The position numbers and the translations under genes were made by a program. The notes below the pieces were generated by a model that did no database searches, was not told the origin of the DNA, and worked only from the letters and a program-made list of their open reading frames with translations. DNA of 64,000 nucleotides, from positions 4,888,722 through 4,952,721 of the forward strand of contig OZ037766.1 in NCBI GenBank assembly GCA_964035545.1, given 5' to 3'. Of this stretch, positions 1 to 13,300 are shown in pieces (position 1 is the first letter of the stretch; every line of letters starts with the position of its first letter). This DNA comes from Bugula neritina (Eukaryota; Animalia; Bryozoa).

Positions 1-789
1 TTGCGATAACTTTATATTTAGTAAACAAATCTTATCTAAATGTTGACCCATGAGTTAAAAGCACGTGCTACCATTTAACGAGGCTTTGATTGGTTTTTAT
101 TTGTCTAATCATAGCTATGGAAATTTCCAATCGCACAATGTACAGTCACAGTAGGCCAACAGAATTTATTGAATAGAAAGGACAACTCCAACATTAAGGA
201 CAAAAATTGTAATAGAAAATTTAAAATCTTGAAGTGTGAAGAGTTAAAAGCTTATATAAATAAGGAATTGTTTGCTAGGTAGCATAATTGACAATTGACA
301 ATAGATATCCACTAAATATCCTCATTTTTGTATGCACAGACTGCTACAATAACAATTTTTTTTTTATTCTAACAGCTTCCTTAAAACATTTTAGCCATAT
401 GTCAATAATGAACAATGTTTTCTGAGCTTTATGGTCTGAATTGCACGTTGCTAATAAATAATTATTGGTCTGAAAAATCTAAATTATTATCTACCTTAGT
501 TTTCAAAAACTGGCAGGCTGAAACTGCACAGGTCTATACACCACAGCATAATCAGTAAGATATCTAAATCAACACCTTAAACCATAACGGAACTCAAGTG
601 CAAATCGAGTTACAGTTGCTTGCAAATTTATGGCGATATTGATAAAAACAGCATCTAGAAAAATCAGTTGAATTAAAATTACTTTTAGACTCCCTGAATC
701 ATTGCAATTATGCAGTATTAAATCATCCACGTAAATACAACAATAGGGCAATAGGGCAATAGATAAATACAACTTCAGGGCAAACGCAT

Positions 790-1170
790 TGCCTTTGCAA
801 TAAATTATGTGCATATACGTGTTTTGAATTTATTGGAGATGATAGTTCAGTTACTGACTGCATTAGGTTTGGTGTTTGAGACACTATAGAACTGATACTA
901 ATTATAGTTAACTTTGACTCTTAATACCCATAGCAGGACAGTTTTATTTGTTTTAACTCACTTAGCAGCATGTATAGCCTGTGTTTTAAACATTTAAGCC
1001 AGATTAGTGATTAATCTGAGTACTGCAGTACCAAAGAATAGCATGCAATAAAAATCAGCAACAATTAGTATCAGTTCTATAGGTCACTGAGCTTAACAGC
1101 AACGTTATCAGCAAGTGAGCTATCATCCCGAATTAATCCAAGACATGTATGCAAAAGAGTTATGGTAAAA
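790..1170. repeat. Degenerate inverted repeat (MITE/foldback-like)
   Basis: CTATAGAACTGATACTAATT (884-903) is the exact reverse complement of 1063-1082; imperfect complementarity continues outward for about 100 bp. Confidence 0.6.
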
Positions 1171-2332
1171 CCAATACTGGTAATATCATTATGTTTAGAC
1201 ATACCACTCTAAAGTTGATTTTAGCTGATAGCCAAGATATATCATTATATCAATATGTGAAACATTTATTACATTTACTAACTTACCACATAAATTTAAT
1301 GGTTCAGAAAGTTTTTAAATAACCACAGCTATTATGATTATAATAATTAATTGATAGATCTAATTTTTCATCAGTTTACAAATACAGTATCAGTATGACT
1401 ATGAGTATTATAAAAATTAACTTTTTTATTCATAATATTAAATCTAAAGCATAAAAATAAGAGGAAATACTTGAAATTGTGAGCTAAAAAGAAAAAATAC
1501 ACTTACTTGTTGTAATTATCAATGATAATGATTATCATAGTCAAATTCATTGTAATTGTATCATTTATGCTTTATTTTATGCCCAAATCTAACAGTAAGA
1601 GCATGAGATTACTATCACTATCACTATGAGCATGATTATCATTATGGTGATTTAAATCAAAGTTAAATGAAACCAACAGTAACGATATATATAATTACAA
1701 AAATTATAAACATAAAGATAATTTCTAAAATAATAAATACAATAATTATAAATAGAATCAAAAAATCAAATATAATCCATAATAGTATTTATAATAATAA
1801 TATAATATAAACATATAATATATAATAATATTAATTCAAAATACATATCTATATTGATAGAACATTAAGTTTAACTGATTAACTATACAATTACATAGCT
1901 ATTTACTTAACTTATTACTAATACTTATTAGTTATTACTAATAGTAATACTAATACTATAAGTATAAGTAACTTAATAATAAGTATAAAATTTAGAGTGA
2001 AACTGTAAGTGTAAGTATAACTATAAGCAAGTGTTAGTTACTCACTTACAGTTACTTAGTACAACTTAAACTACTACAAGTACAACATTAACTTTAACTG
2101 ATTAATAATACTCAAGTCTTACAGTAACAGTAACATAGGTACCTACATGGTGAAATGAAAGTTTAAAATAAACAATTGCAAAAAATGTAATAACATTACA
2201 ATTATGGTATTGATAAAAAGCAATAAATAAAATTGTGTCCAGTGGCCATGGGTGTGAACAGTGAACGGTTTGACTCCACACGCTGTTTCTTCAGATTATG
2301 TTAATTGTTTTTCCGGAAAATTATTATAATCT

Positions 2333-2476
2333 CGCTAGAGGCAGCACCAAACTTAGGGTGAATGAGTACAGTATTCGTATACGCATAGCTCTATAAGTTC
2401 ATTGGTTCAAACTCTGCAAAGCAATGCAATGCAATCAACGCACTCAGTGATCACTAGCTTGGTGCTGCTTCAAACG
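2333..2476. repeat. Small element with ~37-bp degenerate terminal inverted repeats
   Basis: CGCTAGAGGCAGCACCAAACTTAGGGTGAATGAGTAC (2333-2369) versus the reverse complement of 2440-2476, CGTTTGAAGCAGCACCAAGCTAGTGATCACTGAGTGC. Confidence 0.45.
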
Positions 2477-4391
2477 TATTCTTTAAACTTCAACTAAACT
2501 CTAGGCTGGCAACAATGAGATCTGTAACCAGAGTGCAAAAATAATCCAGTGAACATTGCTATGGCAAACTTCTACAGCACGTTCCAGTGCTGACCTTTAT
2601 TGATTAGAATAAAGGGAAAAACCACATGTCCGAGTCAGTCTGGAAAAACCCTGTCGCAGTTAGAAAGTGCGCAACACCGATTCAATTTTTGCTTAAAACG
2701 AGCGTGTTTACAGTCGCAGTTCACTCAACCTGAGAAATGAGACGCAAATTCAATATTGAAACATCAGACAGTTGTTACTTATTAGTGTTACTTTTAATGA
2801 TGCTCATAATCAAAAACAACTAAATGCTTATAAAGTTAGACTTTAGTTAAACTTTGTCACTCACCATTATGATCATGATTATCACTTAAAACAGTTATAC
2901 TTATACTTATACTTATAGTTATTGTTAAACTTAATCAGTTAATGATTATGAAACTCATTATCATTATGATTATGATTATTGATCAGACATTGTGATTATG
3001 ATTATAATTTAAATAGTTATTGTGATTTATGAGTATTGGTATTATTATTATAAATAATAATTATAATGATATCGTCATTGATTATGATTGTCACTTAACC
3101 TTGAAGTTTAACTTTATCGCATGATGATTATTAACGGAATTAACCTTGAGTATATACTCATTATCATTATGATTAATGATTATGGAGCACTAGCAACATT
3201 AACCATTACTTATACTATTAGTACTACTACTAGTTTATTAATACTAGTACAGTACTACTACTAGTAATAGTACAGTACCGTCGGAGTACCACCATCGTCG
3301 CCGCCATCACCACCACCACTACTACATGTAGTATCTTACTAGCTGCAAGTAGTAGTTTTTGGTCTGGTTCTTGTTTAAATTTAATAATGTAAAGAAAAAG
3401 TAAACCGGTTAAGGTTAACTTGCAAGCGTTAGCAATAATTATGTGAAAATATAAGTTTTGAGTTTATCTCATAATCATAATGATGATAATTAATATAATT
3501 TTAATAGCGTTTAATAGCGGTGCTAGTTTCAGTTTGCAGTGAAGATTAAGATGTGAATATTTTGATCATATTGATTATCATAATGATATTGATTAGGATA
3601 TGATAATAATGAGAGCTGAATTAAATTGAAAAAATATTAATGGGAATATTCATGCTAATATGACGGTCAGTATGAATAATAATGGCCATTACTCACTTAT
3701 TAATTTATAACCAATTACTAAAAGTAAAGCTGATGTAGCCATAATGATAATGATTATAAGTAATACTTATGAATTATTGACTCTTAAATGATATTGTAAG
3801 CACAGTATAAGTATTATAATAATAATATTCACGATTTTCATGGCCTATGGGTATGCTTTGTTGCTTCTAGGATTCATCTATCCCTGCGTTAGCTAAGGAA
3901 TTGTAGCTGTAGCAGTAATACCCTCCCTATCTAATGAAACTTTTCGAATTTACTAAATTCAATATTAGATTTAGTAAACACTTTGATAATTTTTAAATAT
4001 AAATTTTTAAATTATAGCTTGCAGTTTTAATGGAAGCACATTCTCTAAAATTCTATATCTTGTTTGAAAGACATAAGTAGAACCTCTGTAAGCTGTTGCC
4101 ACGTGTGCTTTATATTTCCTTGTAATTAATTGTTTTGTTTTACTGGATGCAGTAGAAGTTCTGTAAAAATGTTATTTGAGTACAAATGTTTTGTTTATTT
4201 TTAGCTGAGATTTGATGGCACTACAGCAAATAATTATAAGATGATTATAATGGGACAGAAGATTTGTTAGAATTATGGGAGCTTGTGTTTTTAATCATAA
4301 ACCATCATTGTCGAAAAACTGTCGAAAAATGGGATATAGTTTGTTTTAAATCACTTTGAAATTATCCAACATATTCTTATATATTTTAAGA

Positions 4392-7300
4392 ATGCCACTG
4401 CTTTTATGTAAAAAATTAAGTGCTCTAATTCACTATCCTATTCAACTTGGAAAGATTAGAAAATGTTTTTTGTCCACCTCATTATGTCTGAATGATCGTG
4501 AGAAAGGAAAGGGTAAACCTGCAGGCAAAAAATATGCCGAAACTATAAATCTTCCCCAGATGCCATATGCCTTGTCTGTGTATAAACCAGATGGTCGTTG
4601 CAATGAACGGGAGAGTTACATACAGAAGGTATATCGTTATCATAGTTCTACTGTAACATAAAGCAAATGCATTGCTGCATTAGTTAGGAAGCTTTACTTT
4701 CACTATATACTTGTATTATACACTGCATTTCCGTTAATTTGCATTATGGATGGATGCTCATACGGATTAATCCTTGTTTGCGATTTGCATGAACTTGTAG
4801 TTGTGGTTTGATTTGATGCAACTATTTTCATAAGGCGAATGAAAAATCCGTTCGCATAATGCAAATGATGGAAACACAGTGATATACATGCGTGTTCAAG
4901 ATATATTGCAAGTTGTAGATTGCTGACTTTGATGGTTTGTATAAATGGCAGTGGCACAATAATAAGGGTTCACAGTTCACAATACACGATGGCCCTCCAT
5001 ATGCCAATGGTCAACCTCATGTGGGACATGCTCTGAATAAAGTTAGTACCTGATCTTCATACAATAGAACTAAAATTGTAATCTTCATACATTACCTAAT
5101 TCTGTGCAAAATATTTTATCTATAATTTATAATGCTTTAATGATGATTATTTGCTGCAGCTGCGATCATGTTCGAATTCAATATGCCCAGATATGAAGGC
5201 AGACTTAGCAAAGGTAACCTATTTCTGATCATATATTATTATTGTAATTAGATAATCAAAGATGTAATAAACCGATACAAAGTTCTGAGAGGTCATCAAG
5301 TGCACTTTGTTCCTGGCTGGGACTGTCACGGACTACCTATAGAGACTAAGGCTAGATCTGCCAATGATTTTTCTTTAACAGATATTCAAGTGAGAAAGCA
5401 AGGTTTGTCACGATGGCTCATATACATATATTATTTATATAAAACTGGAGTTGTCTGCTATTTTACTTTTGTTGTTGATGAGGTAACAACTCTGATTATA
5501 AACTGTCAATATTTATGACTTGTTGTTCAGTTTGATCTGGTAGATAGATACTTTCTGCTGCTTTCAAAACTTTACCAAAATTAGTTTTGTTTTATTGCTG
5601 CTTAGAAATATCAATTGCACAGAAAAAGATGCTTAGAATTAGAAAAACGCATATGGTTATTTTCAATTTATGGTGTACAATGATAATCGAAGTGTTACGC
5701 GAAAGAGTACCCTAAGACCATTTTGGCAATAAATTCGGTCTTTAAATTTCTGTTAGTTGATAACTTAGAAGGGTTTAACAAAATCATAGCTCTCATCTAC
5801 CCAGCATTTATATCAAATATCTTGCTAAAAATCTCACTCACTGTTTTTAGTTGAGAAACTGCTCTTTTAGGAAGTAAAACTTTCGATAGCAGTAAATGCT
5901 GTTAGGAAGCTAGAAGATTGTTTTCGGCAGTAATACTGATCCAGCATTCATATGAGTTTGAGTCAACCAGTTAAACTATGAGAATTGTAAGTGGCTTCTT
6001 TTCTCTAGCTGAGAGTGTCTAATATTTTTGACTTCCAGTGATTTGAAAGTAGTAATTAGCTGCTGCGCTTCTTCTGAAATCGTAGGTTTGCCAATTGGGT
6101 TTATTTTGGAGAAGCTTTTCATGACCCCATACTTGGCGTACAGCTCCAGTCGCACTGCTTTTGCTCGCGTTGCTGCTCGAATTTGGTGTCTTAGAATGTT
6201 CCACTGTCTCTCAGCGGAGTTGTTCTCTTTGCGTACTCGAATCTTCTCTTTGATCTCTCTTCGAATTATCGCCCAGTGTCTCTGTGCTTTTTGTCTTCTC
6301 TTCTCCACTACTTCCTCTTCTACTTCTGAATCTGGAGTGAATATCAGACTGAAATTTTAATTACTTTTCATTTCTTGGTCAAAAAGGATAAAAAATTATG
6401 AAATCAATAACTTGTTCTAGGGCAACATATTATATTGAAAACTGCACATTGAAAACAATTAACTGGCAATTTTTAGTTTTGCAATTTGGTTTGCAATGTT
6501 GGCAACTTTTTTTGTATTGCTTTTAGAATTTAAGCTGATTTTAAATGATTAGTGTGTCAAGTAAACTTCTAAATATTATTACTCGTACCTGATTGTTCCT
6601 CAACTTTTTCCACCTTGTTAGACTGCTCTTCACTTGGCCTGTTGAGTTTTTTGGCTAATATTATCGACTTGGCCTTCTGTCTCAATGTTTTTTGTTTCAA
6701 ATCTGTTAAATAATTGGTACAGTAAACTTACTCAGCATGTGACTGTCACAGCATGAGTGACCTGGAAGTCACAGTCAGTAACTAGCCTCAACAACACTAG
6801 TTCTTTTTTTAGTTTTGTAAGTTGGATCAATTTATGAACTAGTCAGTCAGCCAAGTTGTTTCTCGTACAGAATTCATCTTTAACTCATAACAAAAATGTT
6901 CGATTATATTGAGCTGTAGAGTATTTTCAAGTTTTAAGCAAAAGGAACAAACTAACAATATACCATTAATTACGTTTTTTCATATTATACAGAGTTGACC
7001 TGTTTTTGCTTGCAATTATCAATAATAACACAGCAGATATCAAAGCTGGGTAATCAGGAAACACTATTGATTGTATGTAGCATACCTTGTAAGACCTTGC
7101 GGTGGATGTCACTTGCTTTGACAGCGTAGGACTGCTTGGATGAGTCTGACACTGCGTCCATGTTATTTAAGGTGCTTATATGGCCGCAGAAACATTCCCA
7201 GACTGTCAACGATAAAATCAAGCTTACATAAAAGTATAAAATAATATACAAGCTGTTTTTGTAGATGCCTTATAATATAAAGTGGCCAATAAAAGTCATA

Positions 7301-10300
7301 CTATGCTGACAATATGTACATAGATGGGTGGCATAGAGTAGAGGTTTTGTCAATTAAATAATCTATAAATTGTAAACATGAAATGTGACCCACTCTAAGC
7401 TCTGCTCTCTGTGTAATAAATGTATTAAAATAGTGTCACTCAACTCAGCTGTGAATTAAGTTAAATCAATAATTTGCATTATCAATACAAACAACATCCA
7501 ATTTCTATAATTTCACACTTTTCATTGTGTTTCAAATGTGAGCAGAAAGTATATTATTCCTGATTGGTGTGTTGTTTGCGTATGGAAGACTTTTCAACTA
7601 AACTCTGTATTATTTATAGTATGTTATATTATAGTATTTGAGCGAATATGTTATAATACACTAAGTGTAGAGTGAGTGTTCCTATTTTTAGATAACTCAA
7701 CAGAAAAAAGTCATGCTCTAATGGTGTCACATTTAGCACTTTTTTTGTATTGTAAAATAAATTTCATTGATGTTTTTTTCAAAATTTCAACATTGGACAA
7801 AATTAATTTTTTTTAATTATTGCCTTTGATAAAACATCATAATTAATGTACATTTCATGTTTTATCAGTTTTAAAACAAAATTACATTTCAACATCTTTT
7901 ATTTGCTGAGTTATCTATACTCACTATTAATATTAACCATTACTCACTATTGTTATTAGCCACTACTTACTACTGTTATTGTAGTTGTCTTACCTTGTAT
8001 TGGATGTGGAGGTGCTACTGATTGCTCATTTATCTCTCCTTTCTCGCATGTGTTGCGAAAGACTGCTCGCTTTTTATTGCTAATTCTGTTTTTACTTTGC
8101 GTAGTCATTGGTCTGTAAAAGTCTATATTCTTTGCCATGTCACTCTCGTTATTATTTCTCCATTGACCTTCGTGTGAGGTTACAGATCTCTTAAGATTCC
8201 CTAACTTTCTACCAAAATGTGCTGTCTTAGTCTCATAGTTGGCACCGTATTCACCTTTCTCTCTTCCAGGTGGTGTAGTTAGTGATTTGTGACTCAAACT
8301 TTTTGGTGTTCTTTTCAACATAATTTGTTGATTTTTGAGTAACTTGTGGGATAGAAGGTCTCTATGCAAACCACTCATATGCCGACTAGGTAATGGTGCA
8401 GATTGGGTTTCACGCCTGCAATAAAATATTTACACCTACCAGTTATATGTATTATGTAACCACTAAGTCCCTGTAATAGTAAAATTTTTAAATTGAAAAC
8501 ATACATCAGTAGACCAACCTGCATTAGCAATTGATTAAAATTTTATTTAGGTTGAAAGAAATAAATTTAAATGTTGCCCAATAATACACATTAAGCCTTA
8601 TATGTGTTATTATAAATGAAAGTATCTAAGTATCTGTAACATTGATATTGAACTTGCTTGTTAGATAAACGTTTGAAAGTATAACCAGAAAATAGTGCCA
8701 GAATCTCATTTGCAATTAGAAATAATATTTTGAAATAATTCTACCAACTTCTGTCATCCAGTTCCATTCAGTTATGCCCGAGAAACTAAATGTATTTCTA
8801 CCTCTTAGCGAAAACCCCAGACATTTTGCAATTATAATGATAACAATTTTATAACACACTGCTTTTGAATCCCCAAAATATTAAAGAAATTAAATTCGTC
8901 ACAAAACTGACAGCTGCATACCTTGTGAAACACCACACATTTACTGTGTCCGAAGACATTTCTCAGTAGTTTAGAGTTACTGTGTTGAGTGTCTTGTTTG
9001 GATATTATTTCAGAAATTATTATCAAAGGTTATAATTTGAAGTGCAAGTATCAAGTGCTAATGCCAAACTGAGTTTAATGTAACTTTTAGTATAACTTTG
9101 TAAAACCTGCTGGCCTGTTGTATAACTTGAATAGCAAACAGATTGAAAAAGTAATTTGCAATTTAGAGTAATTGAATATTCTTATTTCAACAGACTTAGT
9201 GTTTCAGATAAACATTTGTGACAGAGTATATCTGTACACAGCAAATAAATACAATCCCTATAAGTATGGCTCAAGTGCCAAATGTGTTTGGATTGCTGCT
9301 TTGTTGACAACTCAACAGCAGTTATGTCTCAAAAGGATCAACATTTCCACAGCAAATCAGCATCAGCAAAATGCAGTTTTATCGTGAATTACACTTGATA
9401 TTTATAGGAAATTATTAGCTTATAAATCTAAGAGATATTCAAGTGTTTTTACTCATAGGTAAAATAACGAAAACTTATCTGGTAGTCAATGTGTTTGCTT
9501 TTACTATTTTCTGTATTAACTCTGTCTGTTTAGTTGCTATAGTAACAACTTTAAGAGATGTAATGATGATGACTGAGTATTTTTCACTGTGAAAGTTCAA
9601 GTATAAACAATTTTTATGTTTCTTAATTTTAAGCAAAATCATTCACAAATCCTGCTAATGCTTTTGAAATGGTGGGAGATGTTTTCTATTGAACTCTTTA
9701 AACTGAATGCCGTTTTTAACCTAGCCTAGCCTAACCTATGCCTGAATTTTTAAGGCTTGACCTAATAATTTGTAAATAAGCAATCAATATACAAAACCAC
9801 CATAAGTCGTTGAAGGAAACGTGAATCTGTAACTGTATTTTAAAGTTATCTGTCGTTTAAAATTTCGAAGACTTCAATATTTAGACAGTTACTTCCTGTT
9901 TTTAAAATATTATCAACACCATGTTACATCTTCTTGGGAATGTATTCAATCTTACCACAAATAAATTACAGTTTACTGAAATGTATAGAACAAAACTGCA
10001 TAACAATTTTTTGTGTCTGTACACTTTGTTACATTATACAGAAATAATAGCTTACCCTTCAACACATTTGTATTATAATTTAGTTTTACCTCAAACACTC
10101 ATCTCGGCTAGCACTGTTGCTGCTTTATGAATGTTTATATATCTGGCCAATATATCGTTGGAGTTAGTTATTCTTTTAGTTATATATTTTATTAATGATG
10201 CAATCTATTGTCAATAAGCTCTAGGGAGTTTATTCACCCTGTTACTCATTCAGTATAATAGTGAAATCAAATGTTCATTGCCTGACCTATATTTTTTATT

Positions 10301-13300
10301 AGATTCTAAGCTATTGCAATTCAACTTTCTACTATATTTCATTGATTTATATAAAGTATAAATCTTTAAATTTATGCAACTCCATTAAAGTAATACACGT
10401 ATAGTATCTCTGCAAATTTTCAAACAAGTTTGTTATAGCGTTTGGGTTAGTTGTTATAAAAAGTTAATTTCATAAAAGAAAGCATTACATGCTTTAGAAG
10501 GCCATGATGAATGGTATAAGCCAAGACACATTAGCATTCTACCTGCCATTGGTAATAGTGTTTGTTATATGACTAATATAGCGGACAAGTTTTCAAGAGA
10601 AACCTTGGCGACTCAGAGAGATGAGTTCAAGACTTGGGGTGTCATGGCCGACTGGGATAACCCATACATCACGTCTGATCGACATTTTGTAGCAAAGGAA
10701 CTAGAAATTTTTCAGAAACTCTACGATAAGGTAGAGTTTTGATTTCTCAGCAGTTTTAGTAATATATGTGTGAAGAATTCATGGCCAAATGAAACAAAAC
10801 CTGAAAAGAGATATGTCAAGCTGGAAACTTGGCTAAGTAAACGAAATTTGATAAAATTAGGCTTTGCAAATGACTTATGTTTTAAAGATGAACATTATAT
10901 ACTTTTTAAAAGTTGCTAAAATTAAATCTTTAATTATTTTCTAGTTTTTTGTACTGTGTAAGTTGTTTCGTATTTGCAGTCCATGGTAAATGCACATTCA
11001 TCTCATTTTATTGCTAGTCCTATGAAATGTCCAATAATTATTCCCACTAGAACAATATTCCTCATAGCGCTGTCTGTAATGGACACAAGTGTACATAGTC
11101 TGGCTTTAAATACTGAATATCACCAATATGCTTTCCTAGACATCAATTATATACTCCATAACATGCCTGGGGCACAACTAGTAATTTACAACCTAAAAGG
11201 ATGTTGAATACTTCCTCAGGCAAATTGTATGTTTAAAATAAACTCCTTTACAATTTTGAAATGAGTTTAAGCGTGTGTAATAGAAATCTAGTTTTATTCT
11301 TGTTTATTTTTAAAAAATTTTTTGACCATTTTTGGTACTTTTTAGTAGCTTATTTCAGGTATCAGTGTACATCTTTGTAAATTTTGTTTACTATATAATT
11401 GAATAAATTTAAAAAACATGATAATTTGTAAAAGTGAAATTATTTCTAGGTTAGTTGTTCTACGGTACAAACTGTATTATTTTATATATCTTGTATCCTC
11501 TTAGTTTATTACATTATGCTCATGTTTTGTTATGTCATATTATATGATTATATTATATTATATCGTATGCTCTTGTTATATTGCTGTATATTGTCTGCTT
11601 GTATATATTATACTCTGTGATTATATTATATTATACAGTACAAGTTATATTATATTATATTGTTACACCAGGGGTTGATATATCAGGACTACATGCCAGT
11701 ATACTGGTCGCCCTCATCTAGAACTGCCCTGGCAGAGGCTGAACTGGAGTATAACAACAACCATAAGAGGTACATTTCTATCACCTATCATGTTTCTAAA
11801 CAAATAAAATATTTCCACTGACATGAGCATATGAGTCCTATCAGTGGTAAGATAATTCCCGCAAAGTAAATACTAATCTGTGAAGTATGTAATTAGCTGG
11901 CCTTCATATGATGGCAGTGTGTCAACTTGAGTGAGCAGATTTTATACGTAATGAGTGCTGGTTGTCAATAATATATATTTCTTGTTCACATGTAAGATTT
12001 CAAAGGGCATTTGATATTGCTTTAGTTTAGCTTATCCTACATTTGTATTGTATTATTGTATTGTAAATATTGTTAGTTCTAAAAGACATGACCTTGATCT
12101 GTAATCAAAACTGCAATGGCAGTTGCCTCCTCGGTATATGCAATTGCTCAATATTAAATTAAAACTTTAATTGTTTGACACTCCGTTTATGTTGGGAATT
12201 GAAAAGTTTACAGTACGAAAAAAGTTGTTTTTCAAAGATGTGGTTTTAAGGAAAAACATAAATATTGAACGTAAATAATATTGCCGCCATTTTCAATATA
12301 GTTATAGTGAATAAAACTTTTAATTCTTGCGTATTTTTTGATGCATCGAATTGTGGCAATGGCTTGATTGAATTGAGTTTTTTTCAATTTCTGGTTATCA
12401 GGTGAAAATGCTTAGACATAATTTCAAAAGTGTCAGTTTCCTAGCCTTCTCTCTAGCCTAACTGGTTAGAACAGAGGGTAACATTGATGCTCTCCCACCT
12501 CATTTAACTATTTAATTGTATTTTAGCCTATCAGTATACGTAAAGCTTTCTTGCACCCACCTACCTCATAGTCTGAAGTTACATCTGCATGAAGAGAGAC
12601 TCGTATACTTGGTGATATGGACGACTACACCGTGGACTCTACCTGCTAACCAAGCTGTGTGTTACTCCCCTGGGCTACAGTCAGTATAACCAGTCTATAT
12701 GTAGTATAACCAGTCTATATATAGTATAACCAGTCTATATATAATATAACCAGTCTATATATAGTATAACTATTCCATATATAGTATAACCAGTCTATAT
12801 CTTATGTAGTGTAACCAGTCTATATCTTATGTAGTGTAACCAGTCTATATCCTATGTAGTGTAACCAGTCTATGTATTATGTGGTATAACCAGTCTATGT
12901 ATTATGTAGTATAAGCTATGCTATGTGTATGATTATGTGTCGCTCTCAAATAAATAGGTAAAAATCCCATATTGTGCATTTCTGTGTTTTGCCTACTGAA
13001 TAGATAACTTTTGTTATCTATTGTCTCATCATTTCATTAGATTGATAATCCAAAGACAGTAGCCTGTATTCTTTAATGGGTGTATTGATCAGTAAATAAT
13101 GTGCATAAAATTGTACTTATTTTGTGTTTGAACGTTTATTAAAGATTATTGACTGTTTATGGTTTGTTGGAGAAGTAAAAAGGGCGAGTTAATTAAATGG
13201 CCACTTTTCTTCAATTTGTTAGAATTCAGCGCTAGTCTTTTATGATAGTAATGTTTAGCCATAATACAGCATGGCAACGCCTCGCCTATGATGTCATTGC

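Noticed and set aside
1500-3800. Coding or structured RNA in ATT/ATG/TAG-rich tracts
   Set aside because: Degenerate simple repeats with no ORF or splice chain.
12681-12915. CRISPR-like array
   Set aside because: Units are contiguous with no unique spacers, in a eukaryotic intron with no cas genes.
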